NCBI RefSeq assembly: GCF_030684315.1
Contig: NC_081365.1
Coordinates: 72,781,603-72,845,602 of the forward strand
DNA length: 64,000 nucleotides
Direction of reading: 5' to 3'
Source: Stegostoma tigrinum
Lineage: Eukaryota
The notes under the pieces were generated by a model. That model was given only the letters and a program-made list of their open reading frames with translations. It was not told the origin of the DNA and did not search any database. Positions 51,043-63,547 of the stretch are shown here, piece by piece; position 1 is the first letter of the stretch, and each line of letters starts with the position of its first letter. Made by a program: the position numbers and the translations under genes.

Positions 51043-51732
51043 GATACCGTTGGGCTGCAGGATTCCCAAGCAGAATATGAGTTACAACGACGCCACCCGA
51101 AGGTTGCAGGAACAGCAACTCATATTCCGCTTGGGAACCCTGCAGCTCAATTGTATCAATGTGGACTTCACAAGCTTCAAAATCCCTCTTCCCCCACCAC
51201 ATCCCAAAACCAGCCTAGCTCATCCCAGCCTCCCTAACCTGTTCCTTCCTCCCACGTATCCTCTCTTCCCACCTCAAGCCCCACCCCCATCACTTACCGA
51301 TTAACCTCAACCCGCCACCTTTTTCTGATGAAGGGTCTAGGCCAGAAACGTCAGCCTTCCTGCTCCTCTGATGCTGCTTGGCCTGCTGTGTTCATCCAGC
51401 TCTGCACCTTGTTATCTCGGATTCCCCAGCATCTGCAGTACCTATTACCCTTGACCTGTCTGTCCCTCCTGGACTGACCTATCTCCTCCCTACCTCCCCA
51501 CCTACACTCACCTTTACTGGCTCCATCCCTGCCTCTTTGACCTGTCTGTCTCCTCTCCAACTATTTTCTCCTCTATCTATCTTCTATCTGCACCCCCCCC
51601 CCACCGTCTCCCTATTTATTTCAGAACATCCTTTCCTTCCCCCATTTCTGAAAAAGGATCTAGGCCTGAAACATCAGCCTTCCTGCTCCTCTGATGCTGC
51701 TTGGCCTGCTGTGTTCATCCAGCTCTACACCT
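51043..51732 (+). mobile_element. Penelope 3' fragment with 5' fold-back hairpin and nested mini-element (about 51322-51448)
   Basis: RRLQEQQLIFRLGTLQ..INVDFTSF C-terminus; hammerhead-like cores at 51325-51352 and 51648-51675. Confidence 0.85.
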
Positions 51733-52521
51733 AGTGCTGTGAGGCAGCAGTACTAACCACTGAGTCACCGTTCTTTGGACCTCACTGACAACTTGTATTG
51801 CAATGCTCCTGACAGGCCATTAGAGACAGACCCATCTCTTGCATGGGAGCAAGCTGCATCTCGAGGCTTTTTGCTCGTTCCCCTTAGCATTTTGGGACTG
51901 TCTGGATCCTCACAGCACGTCTGTCCTGCGTTGCCTTCCTGCATATTGCCGTATCATTCAGAAAGGGTAACCCTTTAATATTTCTGTCTTGCCTGTCTTT
52001 CATCAGGGACACAAAGCTAGGCAGCTTGTCATGGTTCAACAGTTACCTTTGACTTGAATGAGGACTACTGTCTTTAAACTTTGAAACATGGCATTCAGTT
52101 AAGGCACACTTAGTGCTTTAATCACACAAGCTGCCTACAGGCTGTAAGTATGACATTGATATAGCATGATGCAAGACAGTTTTATGTCCACCCCCTTGAC
52201 TGATCACTTCTGACAACCATGACAAGCTGCCTAGCTTTGTGTCCCTGATGAAAGACAGGCAAGACAGAAATATTAAAGGGTTACCCTTTCTGAATGATAT
52301 GGCAATATGCAGGAAGGCAACGCAGGACAGACGTGCTGTGAGGATCCAGACAGTCCCAAAATGCTAAGGGGAACGAGCAAAAAGCCTCGAGATGCAGCTT
52401 GCTCCCATGCAAGAGATGGGTCTGTCTCCAATGGCCTGTCAGGAGCATTGCAATACAAGTTGTCAGTGAGGTCCAAAGAACGGTGACTCAGTGGTTAGCA
52501 CTGCTGCCTCACAGCACCAGG
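51730..52521. repeat. Long near-perfect inverted repeat: arms 51730-52036 and 52215-52521, 178-bp spacer
   Basis: 307-bp arms, no indels, 4 transition mismatches by manual comparison; identical 67-aa ORFs on opposite strands. Confidence 0.97.
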
Positions 52522-52790
52522 GACCCGGGTTTGATTCCACCCTTGGGCAACTGTCTGTGTGGAGTTTGCGTATTCTCCCTTTGTCTGAATGGGTTTCCCA
52601 GGGTGTTCTGGTTTCCTCCCACAGTTCAATGACGTGCAGGCTAGGTGGACTGGCCACGCTAAATTGCCCATGGTGTTCAGGGATGTGTAGATTCAGTGGG
52701 TTTTTGGGGGATGGGTCTGGGCGGGATGCTGCAAGGGTCGGTGTGCACTTGTTGGTTCGAAGGGTCTGTTACCACACTATAGGGATTCTA
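52481..52790 (+). mobile_element. HE1-like tRNA SINE; its head forms the outer 41 bp of the palindrome arm
   Basis: cggtgactcagtggttagcactgctgcctcacagc...gggtttgattcc...gaagggtctgttaccacactatagggattcta. Confidence 0.9.
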
Positions 52791-53481
52791 TAACCTGGTT
52801 TCATGTGACTTCTGACCTTGATTTACAGATGTTCAGAATAAATGAGATCAGTCTTCAAGCGATAAGTCTATCATTCTCCCAAGTCTGAAGGGATTGGGGG
52901 TTTTGGGGAATTGTGAACTGTCTAGATTGCCTGAATTTGTGAAGTCAGGCACTTTGGGGGAGATGGGGTAATAGTAAATGTATTATAATTAATTGCAAGA
53001 TTGCGTAAATGATTAACTGTGGGGGATAACAACTTGTGGTTAGAAGTACATTAACTCCTACAGTCATCAATTTTAATATTTATCTTGCCCTGATGTCTAC
53101 CCCATTTGATAATGTCTGAATTTGTGAGAGAAGCCAACATGCTCTGCATAGCTTCTGACAGTCCTAAGTAATTCTGTGGAACAAGATAATGTAAATTGTA
53201 ACTATTGCTATCATGTGAAACAAAACTACCTTGTTATGTAAAACAAGTGCCTCTTCTGTTTGGACTCACAATTTTGATTTCCTCTAATATTGTTTTCTTC
53301 TGCGCTGATCTTTGAAGTCTGTACACAGCAGAGCCTGAAGTCAGTGCTAGAAATTGCAAGGCACACTAATCAGTGTGTTCAGATCCTTGGAGTGGCGAAA
53401 CAGCCATTCAGATTCGAGGGCACATGCTCACAGAGGATCTATCTTCTATTACTGATAATTAGACAGGTCCTGGACTCAGCA

Positions 53482-53624
53482 AATAAAAACTGAAAGAACT
53501 GTGGATGCTGTAAATCAGTAGTAGAAACAAATTTCTGCAAAATCTCAGCAGGTCTGGCAGCATCTGTGGAGAGAAATCAGAGTTCACGTTTCAGGTCAAG
53601 TGACGCTTCCTCAGAACAGACCAT
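53482..53624 (-). mobile_element. Mini-element (second Penelope-derived family) with 14-bp TSD
   Basis: tcct(g/a)gactcagca at 53468-53481 and 53625-53638; minus-strand ctgaggaagcgtcacttgacctgaaacgtg. Confidence 0.75.
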
Positions 53625-54079
53625 TCCTAGACTCAGCATATTGGTGGCCACAAACTATCCAAACCAGAATGCAACACTATCCCAACTAGGAAACACAGGT
53701 GTTGGAATAGAAATATGTTTATTTATTTTTCTAATTATTCCTGTAAACTGTAATGCTGGACATTTTATTTATTTTTTTCCCTTAAGAATGTGAACTTAAT
53801 ATGTATCTCGGTATCTTTGTACCTACGTGGCGACTTGTAAACTTTTCACTCATTTGAGTACAATAAAACTAATCCAAATTACAGTTGAACTCCATGGAAT
53901 TGTAGGTAAAGGTTGTGAATGGTCTGAAATAAAAACAGAAAGCGAGGAATCAGCAAATCAGGCAACATCTAGAGTTTGTATTAATATATATTCATGATGA
54001 TAACACAAACTGTGAATTACTGTATTTCTATACTGTTATTCCTAGTAGAACAGAGTAAATTTGGCACCAGCTGTAGCTC

Positions 54080-54340
54080 CCACAGCCTGACCTGAGACGC
54101 GCAGACGCAGTGGCGGCAGTCAGCTGGCGGTAATGGCGGCTTCGGAGAGGAGTACCAAGGAGAAGCTTTTGGCTCTGCTGGACGATCTGGAAGTGTTGTG
54201 TCGGTAAGAGGCCGTATTTTGCGCCCCGAGGAGTGGATTGTGATAGAGTGTCTGCCTATTTTATTTACAAGGGATTTCCGGCCCTCGGCTCCAACGTCCA
54301 GGGCCCTCTGACTGGCTGGAAAATACCGCGGGGGAGACAA
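54080..54340. promoter_or_regulatory. MED4: Small CpG-rich MED4 promoter/exon 1 region; YY1-like AATGGCGGC over the start codon
   Basis: Local CpG enrichment around the ATG. Confidence 0.65.
54133..54203 (+). CDS. MED4: Mediator subunit 4, coding exon 1 (71 nt)
   Basis: MAASERSTKEKLLALLDDLEVLC(R) vs human MAAS...STRERLLSALEDLEVLSR; donor gtaaga; phase 2. Confidence 0.93.
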
Positions 54341-54949
54341 AACATTGAAACAGGGATGTGGAAGGAAGCTCTGGAGCACTGAGGCTGAATAAAAGATGAT
54401 GGGACGGGAGAAAGCATTTGGTGAGGGATATAAGGCAGAGGGAAGGAAAAGCGTGTTTTTTAATTTGAAGGAGTTGAGAAGCCAGTCGAGCTCTGGGTGT
54501 TCAGATTTCAGAAGATGGGAAGTTGGCATTTCAGAATAGTCTAGAGAATGATTTGAATACCACCAAACCTGTGTAAGATTTTGTATTACTTTTCAAAATA
54601 AATTAAGGATTGGTGCCAGTAAAAAATGACCGTGGACTTGATGTAAAAATCCAATTAGTTTAGTTTATAAATTTAAATACGAGAACTCGTTTCTCTGTGA
54701 TTCCATTCATGCATTCATACAGATGGTTCTTTTCTTTAAACTTAAGCAGGTGTGAAAGCCAGTTAAGTTGTATTAAGTTATTCCCTAAACACGAAGATAA
54801 GTCTCAGAATAACTAGGGACAATAAATGCCACTTGCACCCCCAATAATTAATTTAATTTATACAGTGTTGGTTCTTTGGCTGTTCTATTGATTTGCAACT
54901 ATAACTTCCAAAAGGAATGTGGAAAATTCTATTGAAATTCTATCGCCAT

Positions 54950-55820
54950 TTTAGAGATCCATGTGCAATACAGAAAAGGCCCTTTGGCCCATCAAGTCTG
55001 TGCTGACATTACTACCATTAAAAGTGTGTTAATCCCACTTTCCTGCACTCGTCCCATATCCTTGAACATTACGATATTTGAAGTATTCATCCAAATTTTA
55101 TTTTAAAGGTTGTAAGGGTTCCAGCCTCCACTACCTTTCCAGACAGTGGTTCCTGATTCCCACCAATAGCTAAGTTTCTCCAATCCCCTCTGAATCTCCT
55201 GCCCCTTACTCTAAAACTATGCTGTCCTGTGATTGACCCCTCAAGCAAGGGGAACAGTTGCTCTTTCTTCACCCTGTTATACCCCTCAATATCTTATACA
55301 CTTCAATCATGTGCATCCATCAGTATTCTCTGCTCTAAAGAAAATGATTCAAGCCTTTATAATCTCTCCTTAAAGCTCATTTTCTCCATCCCAGGCAACA
55401 TACTGGTGACCCTCCTCTGTAGCCCCTCTAAGTGATGTCACATCTTTCCTGCGGTGAGGTGACCAGAACTTCACACAGTTACTCCAGTTGTGGCCTGACC
55501 AACACGAAATACGACTCCATCATTATCTCCATGCTGTCATACTTGATGCCATGACTGATGAAAGCAAGTGTCCTATATGCTTTCTTAACTATCCTATTCA
55601 CATGCTTTGCTGACGTCAAGGATTTGTGAATAATTATTCCAAGATGCCTCTGTTCCCCTAAACTACCCAGTATTGTTAAATATTCCTTCCTCATGTTTCT
55701 TCTGCCAAAGTGCATCACCTCGCACTTTTTAGGATTAAATACCATTTGCCACTGGTCTGCCCATCTGACCAACCCAACTATTTCTTCCTGTAAAGCTACG
55801 AACCATCTTCACTATTAACC
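54950..55820 (-). mobile_element. CR1 LINE 3' fragment
   Basis: WADQWQMVFNPKKCEVMHFGR, LVRPQLE, TGQHSFRVRG. Confidence 0.88.
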
Positions 55821-57239
55821 CAGATATATGTAGACAATATTAGGCAGATTTTTAAATGGTTCAGGAGTGGAGTGAAGAGGTACTAACTTTTGAAAAGTTG
55901 TGGTGTTTTTCACATTGAGGGGAAATAACATTTCTACTTAGGTCTTTTGTATTTTTGGCAGCTTGATTGAATGCTCATAAAGAATTGAAACAAACAAATA
56001 TCTTGGACATAGGACAGCGTTTTCACTAAATTAGCTGAAACCTCACAAATTGTGAGGTCTTTCAGTTAGGTCCTTCTCATTCCTTTTTAGCATGTCATCT
56101 TTGCTTCCTTAAGAAAAATCTATACTTAAATAACCATGTTGTTTCATATTTGCCCACTGTTTCTCTTTGGCAAGAGCAAAATGTTACCAGTTGCATGTTA
56201 CTTACGATGAACAGTGTTGAGGCATAGCATATCTGTTTTCATGGCCATGCCCAGCTGTGCATCTTCCCCAGAAGTACTGAACATCCATCTTCCATCTTTC
56301 CATCCATACCTTACACAACTGATTATTCATTTTGATTGAACCTGGGCTTTGAGTTTCAACAAACAGTTTGTCATTTGGGGCTGGGCATGGAGGTGGGGAG
56401 GGAAATTAATGACCTGTCTCACTCGACACCTTTTATCTAAATCATATCTTGTTCACAAAATACGTACAAGTACATTACATGACACTTCAGTTTTCCTCTT
56501 GATTTTACATGAAATGTATGTAAGGTCAGTTTCTTTCAATATGATAGTGGCACCCTGAGATACCTCACTACAACTTGAATTACTCTTGTATTTTCAATAT
56601 TTTGCTTGATGTTCACATTTGTCAGTAGGGACCACTGTTAGTGGATGTCAAGTGCACGTGTGCAACAGGCTATGATGCAGCATTGTACATAAAACACTGG
56701 AAGCCTCAATGTGAGACAAAATAGATCTCAGGGGAAGCAGGTACTACTACATCATTGTAATTCTTGCAGTATCTGAAGGGATGAATGTCTCTGCCCGTGG
56801 TAAAGATTTTGTCTGAAGTAAGTTTAAGCATTTTTTTTTACAGTTATTCCTGGGTGTGAGAACATGACGATGAAGTACTTATGATGTGACAAAAAAAATG
56901 CACAACTATGTCAGTTCATTGAGCCAGTCAATAATATTGACTGACCTAGATCGCTGCAGTAGAATATGTTGTATAAAAGTTGTTGCCACGTTGATTCAGA
57001 GCAGACACAAAGGAACATTTTCTTTATTTCTGACTGTGCCATACTTAACTTGGAAGTACTTCATGTTGTTGTTGGTTGCAAAAAATAATGTTCTTTTTCT
57101 GGTACTGAGGATATTTCAGCTTTGATAAATGTATGAAGTAATATGAATTTGTATGGCCAGGTTAGTGAAAAATGTTTTTCTCCAAGATCAGGAGTCATGA
57201 GTTAATTTCCTTGCTAATAATATTATTTTCTATCCTTAG

Positions 57240-57306
57240 GGAATTGATTGAACTGCTTGCACTATCCAGAAACCAGAAAATTGCACAACCAGGAGAGGAA
57301 AATCAG
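57240..57306 (+). CDS. MED4: MED4 exon 2 (67 nt)
   Basis: (R)ELIELLALSRNQKIAQPGEENQ; acceptor ccttag, donor gtgaga. Confidence 0.95.
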
Positions 57307-57322
57307 GTGAGAAATGAAAGAT

Positions 57323-57474
57323 TTTAAAAAATACAAAAGAACTGCAGATGCTGTAAATCAGAAACCTAAACAGAAGTTCAGAGGAAGGGTCACTGAACCT
57401 GAAACATTAACTCTGATTTCTCTCCCCAGATGCTGCCAGACCTGCTGAGCTTTTCCAGCAATTTCTGTTTTTGT
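57323..57474. mobile_element. Fold-back mini-element with 15-bp TSD overlapping the MED4 exon 2 donor
   Basis: tgag(a/g)aatgaaagat at 57308-57322 and 57475-57489. Confidence 0.8.
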
Positions 57475-58004
57475 TGAGGAATGAAAGATGACTACCTCGG
57501 GCATTGCATTTAATCTTGAATTATTTCTAAGATGCTATAACTCCCATCACTGCAGGAATAGTTGTTGTTCATTCAACCCACATTTGTAGCTGCTGGTTTG
57601 TGTGCAATTACTGTTGGCAGGATGGAATTTTTCTCTATCTGGACTACTATATTAAATCACATTTTGTAGACCTGCCTATTTATTACCACCTTGGATGAGA
57701 GTGAGTGGAGGTATTAATAAATACATCCATTGCCAATGAAGAAATGGCTTTGCCAACAGAGGCGTTAACACTGCTGACTCCTCTGCACCACTCTGACAAC
57801 ACCCACCCCCACTCTCACGTTGCCACGTTCTATAATATGTCAGACCGTGAAGATAATTTATATAAATTATTTTATTTAAATTCTACTTTACCCCCAGGAT
57901 ATTAAGGTTTTGTTCAGAGACCATGTACCAGTGAGTAGGTCATTTAAAATGTGTTTTGCTTGATTTTTACCAAAAATATAATCAATTCTCCATATTTTCT
58001 GCAT

Positions 58005-59200
58005 CAGTGGAACAAAGGAAGTAGGAGCAGGCTTAGGCCAATTGGCCTAAGAAGCGCATTCTACCAAGTCAAACAGAGCATGGCTGATTGTCTATCTCTA
58101 CATTTTCCCCAATGTCCTTACATCCCTGAATTTGTTCGTGTCCAGAAATCTTTTTATTTATATCTTGAATATGCTCCATAATTGAGCTTCCACAGACTTT
58201 GGGCTAGAGAATTCAAGAGATCTACAACCCTCTAAGTGAAAAGATTACTTCTAATCTTGTTTTTAGTGGCATTCCTTTTATTCTGATAATATGTCCGTGG
58301 TTCCAGACTCACCAGCCAGGAGAAACGTCCCTCAATATCTACCATATCACACCCTGTAAGAATTTTGTACGTTTCAATGCAATCACTTCATATTCTTTGA
58401 AGCTGTAGCAAATATAATTCCAATTTCTTGAATCACTTTTCATAAGATGCTTCTGTCAGGCCATTGATTAGTGTGGTAAATCTCTGTTGCACTCCCTATG
58501 TCAAGCACATCCTTACATAAGGAGACTATATAAAACTATACATTGTACTGCATGTGTGATCTCATTAAGGTTCCATATAATTGCAGTGAGACAACTTTAC
58601 TCCTGCATTCATGGGGACTAACATATTGTTTTCCATGCTAAGCATTTGATGCACCTGTACCCTAGCTTTTGAAAATCATGAAACAAGGACGCCCAGGTCC
58701 CTTTGGACAGCAACACTTCCCAAACTGTCATCATTTAAGAAACACTTCTTCTTTCTGTTTCTCCAACTGAAAATGTAATGTATGATCTGGCTGGATAGCA
58801 TGCAAAACAATACTTTTCACTGTATCTTCGTACATGTAATAATACTAAATCAAATCAAAATTGATAGCTTCACGTATATTCATATTTTATTCTATCTGCC
58901 ATGTTCTATGCCCTGCGGTCCTCACAAGTCAAATTCCAACCTCATTTTGTGATATCAACAAACTTGGAAATTTTACATTTGGTCCCACACAGTTATCATT
59001 GATATAGATTGCTACAACACATCTGATTCTTGTAACTCACTCACTGGTAACAGCATGTCGTTCTGAGAGTGACCCATTTATTCCTATTTTCTGTATATAA
59101 ACAATTCTCGATCTACAGCAATAGATCATCCACAATTCCTTGTGCTTTAATTTTGTTTATCTGTTATCTTTTATCTGTTGGACACTGGGAATCTCATTTA
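58005..59200 (-). mobile_element. Old CR1 fragment with a small nested LINE tail (about 58775-58858)
   Basis: CR1 tail ggaagtaggagcagg..taggcca and decayed RT patches. Confidence 0.7.
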
Positions 59201-59874
59201 TTGAAATTTCCTGATTATTTATCTTCATTCCCTGAATTGTCAGATCATGCTAATAAATGATAGGTAAAGTGGAAATGTGAACTTGTAACTGTTTAAGGTC
59301 TGTGCCAGAGCTTAAAATACACAGAATGGTCACTGGATCCATTCTGGAAAGCAGCCAAATCACCCATGAAAATTCAATCACGAGGGCAACAGATCTGGAA
59401 AAAGTCATCACTGTATAACTTGAATAGTCACAATTGGTGAAGAGCTTCTCCTTGAATTACGGGGTAATCATGGTCTGTTTCTTGAGTTTGCTGTTGATGG
59501 GTTCACAGTGGACTCCTCAGCAGCAAACCTGAGAGAAGCAACATGTGACTGGAGGAGCAGCGCTGTGGTGAGAGGTGGAGGTTAACAAATCTGTTCGTGC
59601 TGGAGCATTGCCGAATGTAGGGTGGCCGGTGCAATCAGACCAAAGGAAATGTGGCTGGAGACCTGAGCAAGCAGTGACACAATTAGGTGGTCAGGGAATG
59701 TGAGACTGGAGGGAGCACTGGGCAAAGTAGGACTGCCAAGGCCAAAGATAGTGTAGCCTGAGATTAGCTAGTAAGCAAGGCCAGGGCCTAGAGACTGGTG
59801 CAAAGGGGTTGTGGAGAGGCACTTTAAAGTTGAAAGATGGGGATGAAGAGAAAAGGACTGCAAAAGTGGGGATG

Positions 59875-59982
59875 AGGAACTGAGGAAGGGTCACCGGATC
59901 CATAACATTAACTCTGATTTTTTTCTTTACAGATGCTGCCAGATCTGCTGAGCTTTTCCAGCAATTTCTATTTATGTTCCTG
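59875..59982 (+). mobile_element. Mini-element (second Penelope-derived family)
   Basis: ctgaggaagggtcaccggatcc...ttaactctg...gatgctgccagatctgctgagcttttccagc. Confidence 0.7.
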
Positions 59983-60639
59983 TAGTTAACATTTTAAGTT
60001 TTATTTCACAAAGGTATACATTTACGTGCCATCACCTCTTAAATTGTTTCATATACTGTCAGTTGTTTCAATTTAAATATTGTGATGACTGAAATTAATG
60101 CTCTTATTGAATGATGTGGCTTCAAGTTTAATGGAGCAGTGATGACTATTGAGTATATTTTGAATTCTTCCAATTATGCTTCTGTGCAAGTCCCAAATAT
60201 CCCATATGTCTACACAAACGCCAAAGGTAATATTACTATAAGACTGCTTCACCTATTAAAGGTATTAGTGTGAATTTAAATAGAGCCTTTGAAAACCAAA
60301 ACATAACCCCCAAATCTCAAGGGGAGTCCTCTGAACTGCGCAGAATTGATTGCATATGTCAGCCAACTTATTTGTTTTAATACAGCATTTGACACTGAGT
60401 ATTCTTGTTGAGGCACAAATAAACAGTCTTTCTAAGAAGACCATGTTGCTGACAGTCTTCAAATCTTATAAAAATTGATTAGATTTGTTTAAAAGAAAAC
60501 TCATGTCCAGATTGACTAACAAATTGGTGACCGTTACTTAGTGTAAAGATGTAAGCTTAATGACATTGCTGGGTATAATTGCTTCCAGTGTTTCCGTGTT
60601 ATTATTGATTCTAGCTATGGCCTACATTGGCACATGATG

Positions 60640-60915
60640 AGTATATGTTTCCCCTCATGGGGGAGTCCAAAACTGGACGCTGTTTAAGAATAAGGGTCAC
60701 CTGTTTAAGACACAAATAAAGAGAATTTCTGCTCTTAGAGGGAACGCTAATCTTTGGAATTCTCTTCCGCTGAGGGTAGTGGAGGCTGGATCATCAAATA
60801 TATTCAAGGCTGATTTTGATCTACAAGGGAGGGGGTCAGTAGGAAGGAAGTCCCAAACAGATGAATAGGTAGCAAGTTCAATGGACCGCTGAATGGCCTA
60901 CTCTCGTTCCTATTT
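60640..60915 (+). mobile_element. CR1 3'-end fragment
   Basis: atgtttcccct..gggggagtcc...tttggaattctct...gaatggcctact. Confidence 0.7.
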
Positions 60916-61069
60916 TTTTTATAGTACTAAAATCCAGTAAGTATGAAACTAATGCATAGAGGATCTCAAAACAACTTTCTACCACCAATTTTAAAACCCA
61001 ATTAGTTTAAGTAACTGAATAATGCCAAACAATGGCAGTATCATTTATATTGTAATATTTGTTTTTCAG

Positions 61070-61240
61070 ATCCTGGATCTGTTGATTCAGAAAGATGGAG
61101 AATTTCAAGAAATAGTAAGAGTAGCAATGGAACAAGGCAAAATCCAAGAGGAAATGCATCTTCTGGAGAAAGAGGTAGAAAAAAGAGATGGTGATATCCA
61201 GCAGTTACAGAAACAGCTCAAAGAGGCAGAACACATATTG
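61070..61240 (+). CDS. MED4: MED4 exon 3 (171 nt)
   Basis: [57 protein letters not shown]; acceptor ttttcag, donor gtgagt. Confidence 0.97.
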
Positions 61241-61469
61241 GTGAGTTACAGCTATTTGGAAATGTACAAATTTAACAAGTCTTAAAACCTGAAGCGGACT
61301 CTTCTGTTGAATATTGGGAATTCACAGATAATTGAAGGTTCCCTTATCTTTCCCTTTGCCTTTCTAAGGTTTCAGTCAGATGTTGTAAATGAATCTAATC
61401 AAGTTCTCAAAATGTGGAGATAAAATATGACTTTTTCTACTTCATAAATCTCTTGAAACTGTTTCATGG

Positions 61470-62275
61470 GAGCTATAGAACTGGTTACAGCACAGTTGGA
61501 AGCTGTTCAATCCTCAAATCGATGTCTCCCCTGCACAATTTAGCCAACACTTTTATTCTTTCCCTGTAACTTTAACTGTTTTCGCCTCACGTGCTTTTCC
61601 AATTTCCTGCTGAGAAACCCAGATGAATCTCCATCCATGCCCCCTTCAATCAGTGAATTATAGATTGCAAGCAATCACTTTAAATGGGTGTCACCTGGTT
61701 TCTAATGCTTTGACCACTGGGAACTTACTGTGTAGACCCCACATCGTTTTGAACACCTCTACCACATCTGTCAATTTTATCCTCTCTAAGAAGAACAACT
61801 TCAGCCTCTCCAGTTTAACCAGCAAGTGAAGTGTCTCATCCCTCGAACCATTCTTGTAAATATTTTCTGCACCCTCCCTGTGCCTTCACATCCTTCGTTA
61901 AAGTGTGGTGCTCAGAATTAGATGCAATTCCGTATCACTACTCCAATTTATTTTTGAAACATCATCATGACCCCCTTAGTTTTGCAGCCTGCTCTGCCAC
62001 CTTCAACACTTTGTGCACGTATACTTCTCGAAGTCCTTCTGCTCCCACATAATGCATCTCCTTTTCTTTCCTACCAAAATGCATTACTTCACATTTCTGT
62101 GAATTAAATTTCCCCTGCTGCATATCCATCCACTCCACTGTCAACTTGAAGTTAATTACCATCTTCCTCACAGTTCACTATATTTTCAAGATTGTGCCAC
62201 CTTCAAATTCTTAAATTGTGCCCAATACAACCAAGTCTAAATCATACATAAATTCAAAAAAATGTAATGGTCCTA
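61470..62275 (-). mobile_element. Old CR1 fragment
   Basis: KFNSQKCEVMHFGRK..VYVHKVLKVA. Confidence 0.75.
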
Positions 62276-63547
62276 CCTAGTACATATGCTTGGAGGACTT
62301 CACTAAGAATATAAGAAAGGCTTGCTGACACCCATTAGTGTGCGCACTAGTAGTGATGTTTTTCATAAATATATTTAAACAAACACTAACATCTAAAAGT
62401 GAAACGAGAAGTGAAAATATATTGTGTAAGGGAAAGTATTAAACACAGGATTTTAATTTTATTTTTAATAATTAGCGTAATATTGCACAGGCATGTGCTT
62501 TTGGAAATAATCGGTAGTGAGCATACCGTGTCGGTGCTGATTATTTGGATATTTGTGTCAGCAAACATACTGTATTGCAGAAGTAAGTTTGTGAAGTAGA
62601 ATAGACAAGATGGTTCATTAAAGTTTTGGTAGTTGTAAATTATTGACTCCATTATTTTGGCTGTTCATGCTAAGAAATTGCTGCAGATGAAGAGGATATA
62701 GTTCATATCAGTTAGTTTTTCTTTGAAATTCTAAAGTTCGTTCATTAAGTAATCAGTCCCCACCTTGGAAAGTGCTATCAAATAAACGTTTTTTTCAGAA
62801 AATGTTATCGCCCACAGCCACACACTCTCAGCTTGCTGTTCAGTTTTAATGCCTTCTATTTTTGTACTTGATGTACCTAATTTAGTGACCTAACTTTTTG
62901 CTTCTCAACCTGTACATTCAATCAGTTATATTTTCCAGTGGGCTTTCATGCTGTACTTGCAATAGTTGCATTTCTCCATTTATTAGCCCCTTCAGATAAA
63001 CATTTCGCTTCAGTTATCCTATAGGACTGGTGGCTGACTTTGAACATCAGAATTTTGTTTTCATTCAACAAGCTACCAGTTGCAAAAGTCTGATTCTTTT
63101 GGCAGTGCTGCATATGATCATGGGACATACCTGGTTCCTTCATACTCTCAATCTATCATTTTTCCAGATACATAGGACAGTATCATAAGTTGAATGCTTG
63201 TCTTTATTACTTCAGCTCGTTGAAAGACTTCAGATAGAATTACTCACTAAGATGCCATAGAATTCATCTGAGCCTATGACTCTTATGTGGATACTATTTT
63301 GGTCTTCATTGCATCTTGCTCTTATTTTTCAGAAATTTGTTTGAAACCTATGTTAATATGTAAGCTTAACTTAATGTTTTTAAAAGTTGCCCTTTCCCAA
63401 GATTTCTCAATTAATGGGGCTCCTTAACCAGTTTAATAGTTGCTGTAGAATAGCAACATTTAAATCTGCACCTTTGGTCTATACTTAAAAAAAAAAAGTG
63501 AATTTGTTCCTGTTAAAAGAAGCACTAATTGTGTTCATTCTTTTCAG

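Noticed and set aside
52245-52275. CTGATGA...GAAA spacing in the palindrome arm resembling a hammerhead
   Set aside because: Intervening aagacaggcaagaca cannot form helix II
51775-52476. Two identical 67-aa ORFs on opposite strands
   Set aside because: By-product of the inverted repeat; TTG start, no recognisable homology
54070-54088. ZNF143/SBS-like motif upstream of MED4
   Set aside because: Only the TCCCA core matches; too weak to call
54017-54529. 170-aa minus-strand ORF over MED4 exon 1
   Set aside because: Antisense to a supported exon, no recognisable homology
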